64,000 nucleotides of DNA from positions 8,267-72,266 of IMG/VR virus record IMGVR_UViG_3300046795_000082. One strand, written 5' to 3'. This document shows, piece after piece, positions 1 to 10,693 of the stretch. The number at the start of each line of letters is the position of its first letter. Position 1 is the stretch's first letter. A model generated the notes under the pieces. The model saw only the letters and a program-made list of their open reading frames with translations, searched no databases and was not told the DNA's origin. The stretch comes from a virus. Taxonomy: Duplodnaviria; Caudoviricetes. Made by a program: the position numbers and the translations under genes.

Positions 1-1
1 C

Positions 2-133
2 CTGGCGCGGATCGCGTCGGCCGGCAAGCCAGTCACGAAAGTCGGGCCACGCATCGGTGCGCTGGTTCGTCGCGGCTACGTCGAGAAAACCCCCGACGGG
101 TACATTCGCACCGACAAGGCTTTCACGATTTAA
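2..133 (+). CDS. C-terminal end of a gene starting before the window (winged-helix-like tail)
   Basis: Open frame ...GALVRRGYVEKTPDGYIRTDKAFTI ending TAA at 131-133. Confidence 0.5.
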   Translation: MARIASAGKPVTKVGPRIGALVRRGYVEKTPDGYIRTDKAFTI

Positions 134-160
134 TCTAGCCTCTACCCTCTCAAGCGAGTC

Positions 161-194
161 CTGCGAGTCATCGCTCAGGCATGATGACTCGCAG
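161..194. promoter_or_regulatory. 12-bp perfect inverted repeat (terminator hairpin or operator)
   Basis: CTGCGAGTCATC-N10-GATGACTCGCAG in the intergenic gap. Confidence 0.55.
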
Positions 195-423
195 TCCTCT
201 TATGCCCTCACCAGGGGCACCGCCGACCTACCGGCAGCCCAGCCCGGACAGGAGGCCCCCTTCATTAACCCAGTGTGAAAGTCCTCGTAGTCATGATGAC
301 TGCGGGGGATAGGGCATCTGGGGAACCGTCACACCACCGCCACGCCCGACGGTGGATGTGCATGGTTGACTTGACGCGCGCTTAGTCCGGGTTCATTTTC
401 CCGCACGTAACAGGAGCGCGACG

Positions 424-786
424 ATGGAGCCGTTGATGTCACCAACGAACGGACCGCGCAGCTTTCCGGCCAAGCCCGTCGACCCGCCGGTGGGACAGAC
501 CGTAGTTCCTGCGGGCAGCCAGCAGGGAAGCCTCAGTAAGGCCCAGGCCAGAAGCCTCAGTAAAGCCCTGGCGGCATATCTCGCCGGACCTCCGCGGCGG
601 TCCCAACGCGAGCTGGCACGACGCCTGGGAGTCAACCAGAGTTTCATTTCAAAAATTCTGCGCGGCGTGCGCTCAATCAGCTTGAAGCTCGCAATCGAGC
701 TGCACGCGAAAACGGGGATTTCGCTCGACCATCTCCAGCTACCGCGCAAGAGGCACAAACAGCCGCGACCGCCCAGCACCACGTAA
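424..786 (+). CDS. XRE/Cro-family HTH transcriptional regulator
   Basis: SQRELARRLGVNQSFISKILRGVRSISL motif; AGGAG RBS. Confidence 0.85.
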   Translation: MEPLMSPTNGPRSFPAKPVDPPVGQTVVPAGSQQGSLSKAQARSLSKALAAYLAGPPRRSQRELARRLGVNQSFISKILRGVRSISLKLAIELHAKTGISLDHLQLPRKRHKQPRPPSTT

Positions 787-804
787 TCACGCGTTCCGAC
801 GGAG

Positions 805-2225
<1,421 letters not shown>

Positions 2226-2735
2226 ATGGGTAGCGTGGGCGGCTCTCGACACTACGGCGGCGGTGGGCTCGGACAGACAGGCGTGTGGGCGTGTCCGGCG
2301 TGCGGCGCCGAGAACCAGGGGCCGATCGACCAGGGCTGCGCGCTGTGCGGTGCTGGCAAGCCGGGCCGCCGCGTCAAGCCGTCGACACCGCCGCCTCCGC
2401 CACCCGCGCACGACGACGACCCGCGTGTGGAGCAGGGCGACGTCGCCGACTACTGGGCGCGCACCCATCCCGAGGCCTCGATCGCTCAGGCCTACCGCGC
2501 CGGCTATCTCGACGGCGTCCGCGAGGCGCTCGCCAAGACCCGCGCGGCAGAGGCCTCACCGCCGCTCCTCGTCGAGGACAAAGCGCGCCGCACGATCATC
2601 GCGGCGCTCGCGCTCTTTCGCGACCAGGTACTCGCGAGCAGCCCCGAGGAGGTCACCAGCGGGGAGTGGCTGAGCGCCGACGAAGCGGATGCGGTCATCG
2701 CGGAACTGACGGAACTGGAGACCACCCATGCCTGA
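2226..2735 (+). CDS. Hypothetical protein with N-terminal RanBP2-like Zn finger
   Basis: WACPACGAEN...CALCG; coupled to neighbours. Confidence 0.65.
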   Translation: MGSVGGSRHYGGGGLGQTGVWACPACGAENQGPIDQGCALCGAGKPGRRVKPSTPPPPPPAHDDDPRVEQGDVADYWARTHPEASIAQAYRAGYLDGVREALAKTRAAEASPPLLVEDKARRTIIAALALFRDQVLASSPEEVTSGEWLSADEADAVIAELTELETTHA

Positions 2736-2925
2736 TCGAATGCTGCAATTCTTCGAATACGCGCACCTGCCGGAGCCCCTGCAGGCGGCCAGTCGACGCT
2801 TCTACGAGCTGGCGCACGGGGTCGTGGACGACTTCCCGATGAACCCGGAACGCACGGTCTGCCTTCGCAAGCTCCTGGAGGCCAAGGACGCCGCCGTTCG
2901 CACCCTGCTCTACAAGGAGGCGTGA
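2728..2925 (+). CDS. Small helical phage protein, possible Acb2/Tad1-like hairpin
   Basis: LQFFEYAHLPEPLQ...ERTVCLRKLLEAKDAAVR, recalled as a widespread small phage family. Confidence 0.6.
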   Translation: MPDRMLQFFEYAHLPEPLQAASRRFYELAHGVVDDFPMNPERTVCLRKLLEAKDAAVRTLLYKEA

Positions 2926-4244
2926 TGCCTGACGCACGCCGTATCTTCACCGCCACCCTGATCCTGGGCGTCCCTGGCGCCGGCAAGACGTCACTATTAG
3001 CAACCTTCGCGCGCTACCTCTGGGAGACCTACACACGCGTGCTCCTGTTGTACAGCTGGGACGGCGGCGCGATCCCGACCGACCTGCAGAAGCTGATGCA
3101 GCAGGGCCTCATCCGGTTCTGGCGCTGTCGCACGCGCTCCGCTCCTGGCCTGGGCATCGAGACGCTCTATTTGGCCACTAAGGGCTATTGGCCGCGCCAC
3201 ATCGACCCTACGACTGGGGAGACCTCACCGGCCGTCGACCTCGTGCCGCCGGTCACGACCGAGTACCACGTCACCTGCCCCAAGGGCCATCCGCTGGCGA
3301 AGCTGCCGACGCGCGCGACGATCGCCCCGACCTACTGCGACGCCTGCAAGACGCTCATCGCGCTCAACGAGCTGACGGTGGCCGAGACCGTCACCCGCAC
3401 GGTTGGATTCGAGAAGGTCGGTGGCGTGGCGTTCGACGGCCTGACCTCGATGACCCAGGTGGTTATGGAGCATATGGACCATGCCCGCGGCCAGGGCCTG
3501 ATCGGCGGCGAGAAGCCGGCCTTCGGCGGCAACGTCATCTCCGGGTCCATCAAGCTGGGCGGCAACAACCGGGCGGACGTGGGGTTCGGCCAGAGTCGCG
3601 GGCAGCAGTTCGTGATGAACAGCCTCTCGATTCCCCACCTCGTCGAGGGCCCCGTCTTCACCGCGCTCTCGATGGAAGCGACCGACGAGGGCGGCCTGCC
3701 AATCGTCGGGGCGAAGCTCCCGGGGCGCGCGGCGACCGACGAAGCCAGCAGCTGGTTCGGCAACGCCTGGGAGATGGGGAAGACCATCGACGACGGTGGC
3801 GGGGAGCACTTCACCCTGTTCCTGCGCCCGTTCACCGACGCCCAGAACCGGCGGCACCTGCTCAAGACCTCCGCATCCCCGACGGGGCTGCCCGACCAGC
3901 TGACCGACCCGATCGGCGAACCCTGGAAGCAGGCGAACCTGGGGCTGGTCTACAGCCTGCTCGACCAGGACCTGGCCCGGGCGCTCGCCGAGGAAATTCC
4001 TGGCGCCCCGGGGATGGCTGCCACGCCGAAGGACTACGGCGGTGGCACGTTCCAGGTCTTCACCACGCCAGTGCCATCGCCTCGCCAGGAGGTGGAGCTG
4101 CCGCTGCCGTTCGCTCCACCTGTCGCCCCACCCCGAGCCGCCGCACCGGTGGCCACCGCGCGGAAGCGCCGCGCCGATGCGGCCCCGCCACCCCCCGGAA
4201 TGCGCCCCCCAGCGCGGGCCCCAGAAACGGAACCCGTCGCCTAA
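2925..4244 (+). CDS. AAA_24 / Sak4-like ATPase (recombination) with Zn-ribbon insert
   Basis: Walker A GVPGAGKT, Walker B VAFDGLT; CPKGH...CDAC insert; between nuclease and SSB-like gene. Confidence 0.75.
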   Translation: MPDARRIFTATLILGVPGAGKTSLLATFARYLWETYTRVLLLYSWDGGAIPTDLQKLMQQGLIRFWRCRTRSAPGLGIETLYLATKGYWPRHIDPTTGETSPAVDLVPPVTTEYHVTCPKGHPLAKLPTRATIAPTYCDACKTLIALNELTVAETVTRTVGFEKVGGVAFDGLTSMTQVVMEHMDHARGQGLIGGEKPAFGGNVISGSIKLGGNNRADVGFGQSRGQQFVMNSLSIPHLVEGPVFTALSMEATDEGGLPIVGAKLPGRAATDEASSWFGNAWEMGKTIDDGGGEHFTLFLRPFTDAQNRRHLLKTSASPTGLPDQLTDPIGEPWKQANLGLVYSLLDQDLARALAEEIPGAPGMAATPKDYGGGTFQVFTTPVPSPRQEVELPLPFAPPVAPPRAAAPVATARKRRADAAPPPPGMRPPARAPETEPVA

Positions 4245-4265
4245 CCAAGACAGGAGCACACGTGT

Positions 4266-4922
4266 ATGGGAAAGACACTGCAGGAACTTCAGCTGAAAGA
4301 CGAAGCCATGCCGACCGCGGGAGACGACCTGGGTGAACTGCCGACCTTCGGGACGTTCTCACCCCCGCCGCCGGCCGGCGCCTACCGGTTCAAGCTCCCG
4401 ACGGTCCTGACCGGGATCTGGGACACCTTCGATGTGCCCGAGAAGACGCCGCCCCAACGGGTCAAGGCGATCTTCGACCGGGAGCACCCGCTGCTCATCA
4501 TCCAGTCGCCAGGGGGGAAGCACAACCAGGAGCCCTTTGAGACGCGCCTGACCAACAACGAGCGGAAGCGCGGCAAGGGCGGGTCGGTCGTCGCCAGCGA
4601 CCTCGACTACGTGCTGCGGGCGTGCGGGGTGAGCAAGAAGCCGAAGAACAACCGCGAATACATGGTCGCGGTGCAGCAGCAAGGCGGCAAGGAGTTTGGC
4701 GCCGACATTCGCTATTCGTGGCGCTGCAGCAAGGACCGCGACGTTCGCGTCCGCGACGCGGCCGGCCAGTTCCAGGTCATCGAGGATAAGAAGGGCTGCG
4801 GGACGGCCTACTACCAGGAAGACGTCGGCAAGGTCAATGGCGAGGTGCCCTACGAGGTGACCTGCGAGCAGTGCGGCGCGACGCTGCGCGCGTTCCCCAA
4901 TCTCGACAACATCAGGAGCTGA
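4266..4922 (+). CDS. Putative ssDNA-binding protein (DUF669-like position) with C-terminal Zn ribbon
   Basis: Synteny after Sak4-like ATPase; PPPAGAYRFK start of beta-rich domain; CEQC. Confidence 0.5.
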   Translation: MGKTLQELQLKDEAMPTAGDDLGELPTFGTFSPPPPAGAYRFKLPTVLTGIWDTFDVPEKTPPQRVKAIFDREHPLLIIQSPGGKHNQEPFETRLTNNERKRGKGGSVVASDLDYVLRACGVSKKPKNNREYMVAVQQQGGKEFGADIRYSWRCSKDRDVRVRDAAGQFQVIEDKKGCGTAYYQEDVGKVNGEVPYEVTCEQCGATLRAFPNLDNIRS

Positions 4923-4925
4923 CCC

Positions 4926-5159
4926 ATGACAACACCCAAGCGAGACCCGATCCTCGCGGTCCTGCACTATTTCGAGACCGCCGAGCTGCCGCGGGCCGAG
5001 CAGGCATTCGAGCTGGTGCGGGAGGCGCTCCGGAAGCGCCGGCTGCCGAAGACACCGCCGGTTCGCGTCGCTGTTCCCGCGGCCACCAAGAAGGCCCCGC
5101 CGCCGAACAACAAGAAGAAGGCACCGGCCGCTACACCGGCCGCGCCGCTCCCGAGCTAA
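4926..5159 (+). CDS. Hypothetical basic protein
   Basis: ORF track, operon position. Confidence 0.6.
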   Translation: MTTPKRDPILAVLHYFETAELPRAEQAFELVREALRKRRLPKTPPVRVAVPAATKKAPPPNNKKKAPAATPAAPLPS

Positions 5160-5164
5160 GGGCG

Positions 5165-5353
5165 ATGTTCGACACCAGCTGCTACAACCTCGCGCTGCAC
5201 TGGCTGGAGGACGAGCCGCTGCGGACCCAGGAGGAACGGGAGGCGCGGGCCATAGGGCTCGCGCAGGCCATCCAGGACGCGATCGAGGGCTGGTTGGAAG
5301 ACAACCCTCAACACCACAACCTCGATGAGGAGCTGAACCGCCTTGACTCGTAA
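5165..5353 (+). CDS. Hypothetical protein (62 aa)
   Basis: ATG 5165, MFDTSCYNLALHW..., fills the operon gap. Confidence 0.55.
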   Translation: MFDTSCYNLALHWLEDEPLRTQEEREARAIGLAQAIQDAIEGWLEDNPQHHNLDEELNRLDS

Positions 5354-6503
5354 GACGCCACTCGTCCTCGTTGGTGACGGACCGCAGGAGGCGACTGGGC
5401 TGGGGCGCATCGCACGCGACCTCGGGATGCTCGTGACGTCGACGCCACTCGACATCGAGTTCCTGCAGATCGGCGGCAGCGTGCCGCCGTGCTGGACCGC
5501 CTGGCCACACGTGCCCATGGGGGTGACGGAGCGGGGTGACGACTGGGGAGTCTCGTTCGTCGAGGCCATCTATCGTGACCGCTTCGGCGACACGCCGGGT
5601 GTCCTCTGGCTCGTCTGGGACCCGGCGCGCTGCTATGCCTACGCCGCGTGCAACCTGCCGGTCCAGCACTGGGGCTACCTGGCGGTCGACTCGCACAATC
5701 GCTACGGGGGCCTTTCTGGGCTCCCAGCAGCCGCTGTAGCGACGTTCGACCGCGTGTTGGGATATGGACGCTGGGGCGCAGAAGTCCTCCGTACGGCCCG
5801 CGAGACGCCTGTGAGCTACCTTCCCCACGGCCTGTGGCTGGAGACATTTCGGCCGCCCAGTGGAGAAGAGTGGGCCTGGGTGGCCGCGCAGCTCGGTCCA
5901 CACGTCGGCCGAGCGGCCGTCATCGGCTGCGTGGCCACCAATCAGGCGCGCAAGGACCTGGCGCTCTACGCTGAGACGCTGGCGACCTTGCGCGACCGCG
6001 GACACCTGGTCTACGGCTGGCTCCACACCGACGCCGTCACGGGCGCATGGTCGATCGACCAGCTCGTCGCCGACTGCGGGCTGCGAAAGCAGCTCACCGT
6101 GACGATCGGGAATTTGACCGACCGGCAGCTGGCGTGTCTCTACCACCGCTGCACGGTGACGATCGCGCCCGGCCTGGGCGAGGGGTTCGGCTATCCGATC
6201 GTCGAGAGCCTCGCCAGCGGCGTGCCGGTCGTCCATGGAGATTTCGGTGGCGGTAGCGAATTGGTGCCCAAACTGGAATGGCGCATTCCGATCCGAGAAG
6301 TCCGCCGCGAGAGCATCTACGCGCTGACCCGCCCGGTCTACCGCGCCGAGGACGCCGCCAACGCCGTGGAACGCGTGTGGAGGTGGCAGGCGGAGGTCGG
6401 CCCGACCGTCGCCGCCGCCTACTGTCGCGGCTGCGTCGCCCATCTCGACTGGGGCGTGCTCGCGCCCCGCTGGACCACTTGGCTCAAGGCAGGTCTGCAA
6501 TGA
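5343..6503 (+). CDS. Glycosyltransferase, GT-B fold (GT4-like)
   Basis: GEGFGYPIVESLASGVPVV nucleotide-sugar motif; N-terminal TGLGRIA. Confidence 0.9.
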   Translation: MTRKTPLVLVGDGPQEATGLGRIARDLGMLVTSTPLDIEFLQIGGSVPPCWTAWPHVPMGVTERGDDWGVSFVEAIYRDRFGDTPGVLWLVWDPARCYAYAACNLPVQHWGYLAVDSHNRYGGLSGLPAAAVATFDRVLGYGRWGAEVLRTARETPVSYLPHGLWLETFRPPSGEEWAWVAAQLGPHVGRAAVIGCVATNQARKDLALYAETLATLRDRGHLVYGWLHTDAVTGAWSIDQLVADCGLRKQLTVTIGNLTDRQLACLYHRCTVTIAPGLGEGFGYPIVESLASGVPVVHGDFGGGSELVPKLEWRIPIREVRRESIYALTRPVYRAEDAANAVERVWRWQAEVGPTVAAAYCRGCVAHLDWGVLAPRWTTWLKAGLQ

Positions 6504-6748
6504 AAAGCGCCTTGGTTCACGGGCAGCTGGTCATCGTCGAGGGCCAGGCCGGCAGTGGCGTGCCGCTCATCGTGACCACCATCGAGTGCGACATCTGCGG
6601 CAGCTACTCGATCGTTGTCGCGGCCCACCACGCCAAGTCACTCCTGAAGATCCTGCGCGACTGCATCGCCGAACTGCCCGACGAGGCGACCGCTGACGAA
6701 GGGCAGCCGCTGCCGACGCGCCGACCGCCGAACCCGGAGGACAACTGA
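6500..6748 (+). CDS. Hypothetical protein (CxxC)
   Basis: ATGA overlap with upstream stop; ECDICG. Confidence 0.55.
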   Translation: MKSALVHGQLVIVEGQAGSGVPLIVTTIECDICGSYSIVVAAHHAKSLLKILRDCIAELPDEATADEGQPLPTRRPPNPEDN

Positions 6749-7560
6749 TGGCCATTGGCATCGTGACGGCGACCACCAACCTGGCCCGGGCGAGCCGGAC
6801 GATCGACAGCTGGAGCCAGTGCTCCAGCCGCCGGATACCAATCCAGATCGTCGTCAATGGCGGCGTCGCAGCGCGCCCCTACCTGGGCGTCGTTCCGGCC
6901 TTCCGCGAGGGCGTCGACGAGCTGCTGCGAACCGAGCCGGAGGTCGACATCATCGCCTGCTTCCACGACGACCTGACGATTCTCGACGAGGGCTGGGACA
7001 CGCGTGTCCAGCAGGCGTTCGACCGCCATAAGACGCTCGGCCTAGCCGGCTTCAGTGGCGCCATCGGGCTGGGCACCGACGACCTCTACCACGGCCCCTA
7101 CGACCCGATGCAGCTGGCGCGGATTGGGTTCCGCTCCAACCTAGTCGACGCCGAGACCCACGGGGCGCGCAGCCTGGTGCCGGAGATGGTCGTCTGCTGC
7201 GATGGCTTCTCCCAGATCGGCCGGCGGGCCTTCTTCCTGGGCCAGTCGCTGCAGGAGCACTTGGAACATCAGACCAGCCGGCGGGGCTGCACCCGCCCGT
7301 GGACCGCGCTGGAGCAGCTGGGGTTCGTGCATCACTTCTACGACGGTGCGCTGGGCTGCCTGGCGCGTCGCTTGGGCTGGCAGGTGCGCTATCTGCCAGT
7401 GCGGTGTCACCACCAGGGGGGCCAGACCGCGGTCGGCGACCCCGGCTATCAACGCTGGGCCGCGCTGGAAATTGACGGAGGCGACCGTGGATTCTGGGAA
7501 GCGGCCCATCGAATTGGCTACGACACCTTCAAAGACGTCCTCCCCCTCCGGCTCCGATGA
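6748..7560 (+). CDS. Glycosyltransferase, GT-A fold (GT2-like)
   Basis: IIACFHDD DxD-like motif, DGF and HHFYD segments, C-terminal HHQGG. Confidence 0.75.
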   Translation: MAIGIVTATTNLARASRTIDSWSQCSSRRIPIQIVVNGGVAARPYLGVVPAFREGVDELLRTEPEVDIIACFHDDLTILDEGWDTRVQQAFDRHKTLGLAGFSGAIGLGTDDLYHGPYDPMQLARIGFRSNLVDAETHGARSLVPEMVVCCDGFSQIGRRAFFLGQSLQEHLEHQTSRRGCTRPWTALEQLGFVHHFYDGALGCLARRLGWQVRYLPVRCHHQGGQTAVGDPGYQRWAALEIDGGDRGFWEAAHRIGYDTFKDVLPLRLR

Positions 7561-7576
7561 GCGCTGTGAGGGGATT

Positions 7577-7777
7577 GTGCAGCGCCTGCTGCCTGAGCGG
7601 GGCTACGGCTTCATCCGCGCGCGCGACGGGCAGTACGTGGGGGTTGACTTCTTCTTCCACGCGTCGGGCCTGATTGGCGGCTGCGCGATGCGCGACCTGG
7701 AGCAGGGCGACCTGGTCCGCTTCGAACCGCGCCTCGCGGCGAAGGGCCACCGCGCCGAGAACATCGAGCTGTTATGA
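7577..7777 (+). CDS. Cold-shock domain protein
   Basis: RNP1 GYGFI and RNP2 DFFFHAS, KGHRAENI; GTG start after GAGGGG (start uncertain). Confidence 0.8.
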   Translation: MQRLLPERGYGFIRARDGQYVGVDFFFHASGLIGGCAMRDLEQGDLVRFEPRLAAKGHRAENIELL

Positions 7778-8589
7778 AAGTGCTCGCCACCCACCCCGGC
7801 CGCTACGGCGACCTGCTCTGGGCGCTGCCCACCGTGCGGGCCCTGGCGCAGACCTTCAGCTGCCAGGTCGACCTGCTCCTGTCACCCCGCTACAGTGACC
7901 CATACTTCTGCGCGCTGCTGAAACGGCAGATCTACATCGGCACGGTCACCCACATGCGTGACTGGGCGATTCTCGAAACCGCGCCAATCTCACCGCGGAT
8001 CCCCCCAAACCTGCCTCCGGGCTACGACCGCATCTTTCATCTCGGCTACACCGACTGGCCCGCGCACGCGCTGCCCCTGGAGACCTATCAGCTCACGTCT
8101 CGGCACGCCCTGCTGGCCCCGCTCAACCTCGCGCAGCCGTGGATCGTAGCGCAGGCACCGATGCGCCTCTGTAAGGTCGTCGTCGGCTTCTCCGATGAAT
8201 ATTTCGAGATGAAATACGGCCTGGCGCGGCTGCTGTGGGAGCACCTCGGTGAGGCGATGGTCAATCTCTCGGGCGGGCCGCGCTGGACGACCCCCGAGAC
8301 CCGTATCGAGCGCAACTGGGAAGCGGCAGCGAACTGGATTGCTGGCGCCGAGCTGTTCGTCGGCTGCTGTTCAGCGCTGCACGTGCTCGCGTGTGCCCTC
8401 GGCACACCGGTGATTCTCGTCGAGCCGCAGGTCGCACGCCACCACGACGCCTTCTATCCCTACGGCAAGCTCGGACCCGAGGTCCTGCTCCTGACCGGTA
8501 ACGACGGCCTGCCCACCTTCGACAGCCGCCATCTCCTCGATGCGGTCGACGCCCGGATCCCCCACACGCGTGAGGAGGCGATGCCATGA
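7774..8589 (+). CDS. Glycosyltransferase family 9 (heptosyltransferase-like)
   Basis: YGDLLWALPTVRAL N-terminus and FVGCCSALHVLACALGTPVI motif. Confidence 0.8.
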   Translation: MKVLATHPGRYGDLLWALPTVRALAQTFSCQVDLLLSPRYSDPYFCALLKRQIYIGTVTHMRDWAILETAPISPRIPPNLPPGYDRIFHLGYTDWPAHALPLETYQLTSRHALLAPLNLAQPWIVAQAPMRLCKVVVGFSDEYFEMKYGLARLLWEHLGEAMVNLSGGPRWTTPETRIERNWEAAANWIAGAELFVGCCSALHVLACALGTPVILVEPQVARHHDAFYPYGKLGPEVLLLTGNDGLPTFDSRHLLDAVDARIPHTREEAMP

Positions 8590-8987
8590 GCCGCTTGGTG
8601 AACTTCGGTCTCGGCGAGGTGTGTGACCGCGTCAGCATCCTCGCCCTGAAGATTCTCTACGGGGAGAGCAAGAGCGTCGACGTGCAGCACTTCCGAAACG
8701 AGCGCGCCGCGCTGATGGTGAAGGTCCTCACCAGAGACGGAGGCCGCTGGATCGAGTACTACAGCGACCTGGCCGCGGTGAATGCTGCGATCTGGCAGGC
8801 CGAGGAGATGATTCGCGGCCGACGTGAAGCGATCACCCACACCGAGGACGAAGGCGAACTCGCCGCGCACCACTACCAGGCCGGCGCGCTCGGCCTGCAG
8901 ATCGCCACGCTCAACGACCGACGCGCCGCGCTCATTCAGCAGATCAACGGCTTCGTCGGGGACGACAAGGCGGTGGAGAAGGTATGA
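8586..8987 (+). CDS. DUF6165-like helical protein
   Basis: GEVCDRVSILALK...VNAAIWQAEE...NDRRAALIQQIN pattern, a family recalled next to GT genes. Confidence 0.6.
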   Translation: MSRLVNFGLGEVCDRVSILALKILYGESKSVDVQHFRNERAALMVKVLTRDGGRWIEYYSDLAAVNAAIWQAEEMIRGRREAITHTEDEGELAAHHYQAGALGLQIATLNDRRAALIQQINGFVGDDKAVEKV

Positions 8988-9934
8988 AGGTCCTGCTGGT
9001 GACCACCTGGGGCGAGCCCTGCGGCATCGCCGAGCACAGCGCGATGCTCAAGGAGGCGGTCGAAGCTGCCGACCCCGACATCCAGGTCTTCCCCAACAGC
9101 GACCTCCTCGACCCGGCGCTGCTCGACGACGGGCGCGGCATCGACATCCTGCACCTGAACTATCAGGCCGCCCTCCACTCGCGGTGGACCTCAGCCCAGA
9201 TCGCTTTCCTCCGCACGACCGGGATGAAGGTCGTCGTCACGTATCACGACTCCGGCGTCCCGAACTCCGATCACTGCAAAGCGATCATCGACGCGGCGGA
9301 TGCCGCCGTCGTCCACGAGCCGTTCGACGACCTACCGGCCGAGAAGACGCACTACTGGCGCATGGGAGTGCCCGAGGCGCCACAGCGCTACCGCCTGTTT
9401 CGCGCCAGCCCCGGCCACCGTCCCGTGCTGGGCACGATCGGCTTCCCGTTTGGGTGGAAGAACTACAGCGCGCTGATTCGCGGGGCCGATGCGGCCGGCT
9501 GGAACGTGCTGCTGCTGGCGCCGACGGCCAGCAAGGAGCAGATCGCTGAGTGGCTGGACTGCAGTGACCACATCTTCGTCCGCGCGCAGTTCCTGCCCCG
9601 GGAGGAGGCCGTGCAGTGGCTCGCGGGCTGCGACGCCACCGCCTTCACGTACGTCACGCACAACACCGGCCAGAGCGGCGCGATCCTGTTGGGCATCGCG
9701 GCCAGAAAGCCGGTGTTTGCGCTCAGAACCTGCAGGCAGTTCCGCGCCCTCTACGCCGACCCGATCGGCCGGCTGGCGATTCGCTGGATCGACAATTTCG
9801 ACGACCTGGCGAAGGAGCTGCGCGCGCTGCCGCTCACCGGGAAGCCGGACAAGCCGACCGTCGCGCTCGCCGAGCAGGAGAGCTGGGCGCACCTGGGCAA
9901 GAAATACGCGGCGCTCTACCGGAGCCTCGTATGA
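8984..9934 (+). CDS. Glycosyltransferase, GT-B fold (GT4-like)
   Basis: WGEPCGIAEHS N-terminus, VVVTYHD, GFPFGWKNY, QSGAILLGIAARKPV. Confidence 0.8.
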   Translation: MKVLLVTTWGEPCGIAEHSAMLKEAVEAADPDIQVFPNSDLLDPALLDDGRGIDILHLNYQAALHSRWTSAQIAFLRTTGMKVVVTYHDSGVPNSDHCKAIIDAADAAVVHEPFDDLPAEKTHYWRMGVPEAPQRYRLFRASPGHRPVLGTIGFPFGWKNYSALIRGADAAGWNVLLLAPTASKEQIAEWLDCSDHIFVRAQFLPREEAVQWLAGCDATAFTYVTHNTGQSGAILLGIAARKPVFALRTCRQFRALYADPIGRLAIRWIDNFDDLAKELRALPLTGKPDKPTVALAEQESWAHLGKKYAALYRSLV

Positions 9935-10131
9935 AGGTCAGCGAGTGCATCGCGCGGCTGGAGAACGTGCTCAGGAAGCACGGCGACGTCCAGTGTGAAT
10001 CCGACTGCCCATACTGCAACCGCTCGTTTGTCGTCGGCGTCGTCGCCACCGCCCCCGAGACCGTGCGCCTGAATCACCGGGAGAGCGATGGCCCCGTCGG
10101 CACGCGCGCCGTGAAAGAACAAAGAGGGTGA
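9931..10131 (+). CDS. Hypothetical protein (CxxC)
   Basis: ATGA overlap; CPYC. Confidence 0.5.
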   Translation: MKVSECIARLENVLRKHGDVQCESDCPYCNRSFVVGVVATAPETVRLNHRESDGPVGTRAVKEQRG

Positions 10132-10132
10132 C

Positions 10133-10693
10133 ATGGGCGTCCTCAGCGTCTTCGCTCCGGCGGCAGTGTTCATCGAAACGGGCCTCGGCAGCGGACAGTC
10201 GCTACGCGCGGCGCTCAGCGAGCCCTTTGAGACGCTGCACTCGATCGAAATTGATGCGTCGCTGATCGCGCGCTGCGACCTGGTTGATCCGCGTCTGACG
10301 ATCCACCACGGCAGCAGTCCCAACATCCTGCCGACGATCATCGACCCGGAGCGGTCAACGATGTTCTGGCTCGATGCCCATTACTCGGCCGGGCTCTACA
10401 CCTCGGACTCGGACGTCGACCGGACCCGGCTCGACCCGCGCTACGGCCAGTGTCCGCTGCTCGCCGAGCTAGCGATCATCCGCGCGGCGCCGTGGCGCGT
10501 CCGCCCGTGGATCTACATCGACGACGCCGAGTGCTTCGTGACGCCGATCTATGAGGGGATGCTCGCGCAGTATGACCGGGCGCAGTATCCAACCGAAGCC
10601 GAGGTCCGTGCGGCCCTCCCTGAGCGGTATCACGTCGAGACCCTCGACATGCGTGGATGGGCCTTCCGAGCGACACCCGAGGAGCAGCGATGA
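10133..10693 (+). CDS. Class I SAM-dependent methyltransferase-like protein
   Basis: FIETGLGSG, LHSIEID, HHGSS, FWLDAH, PLLAEL. Confidence 0.7.
   Translation: MGVLSVFAPAAVFIETGLGSGQSLRAALSEPFETLHSIEIDASLIARCDLVDPRLTIHHGSSPNILPTIIDPERSTMFWLDAHYSAGLYTSDSDVDRTRLDPRYGQCPLLAELAIIRAAPWRVRPWIYIDDAECFVTPIYEGMLAQYDRAQYPTEAEVRAALPERYHVETLDMRGWAFRATPEEQR

Noticed and set aside
4359-6500. Long antisense ORFs in the track (e.g. 4359-6500, 11289-13154, 22484-25363, 31459-34134, 50593-52509)
   Set aside because: Shadow frames of GC-rich genes on the opposite strand; no motifs, and they fully overlap well-supported genes
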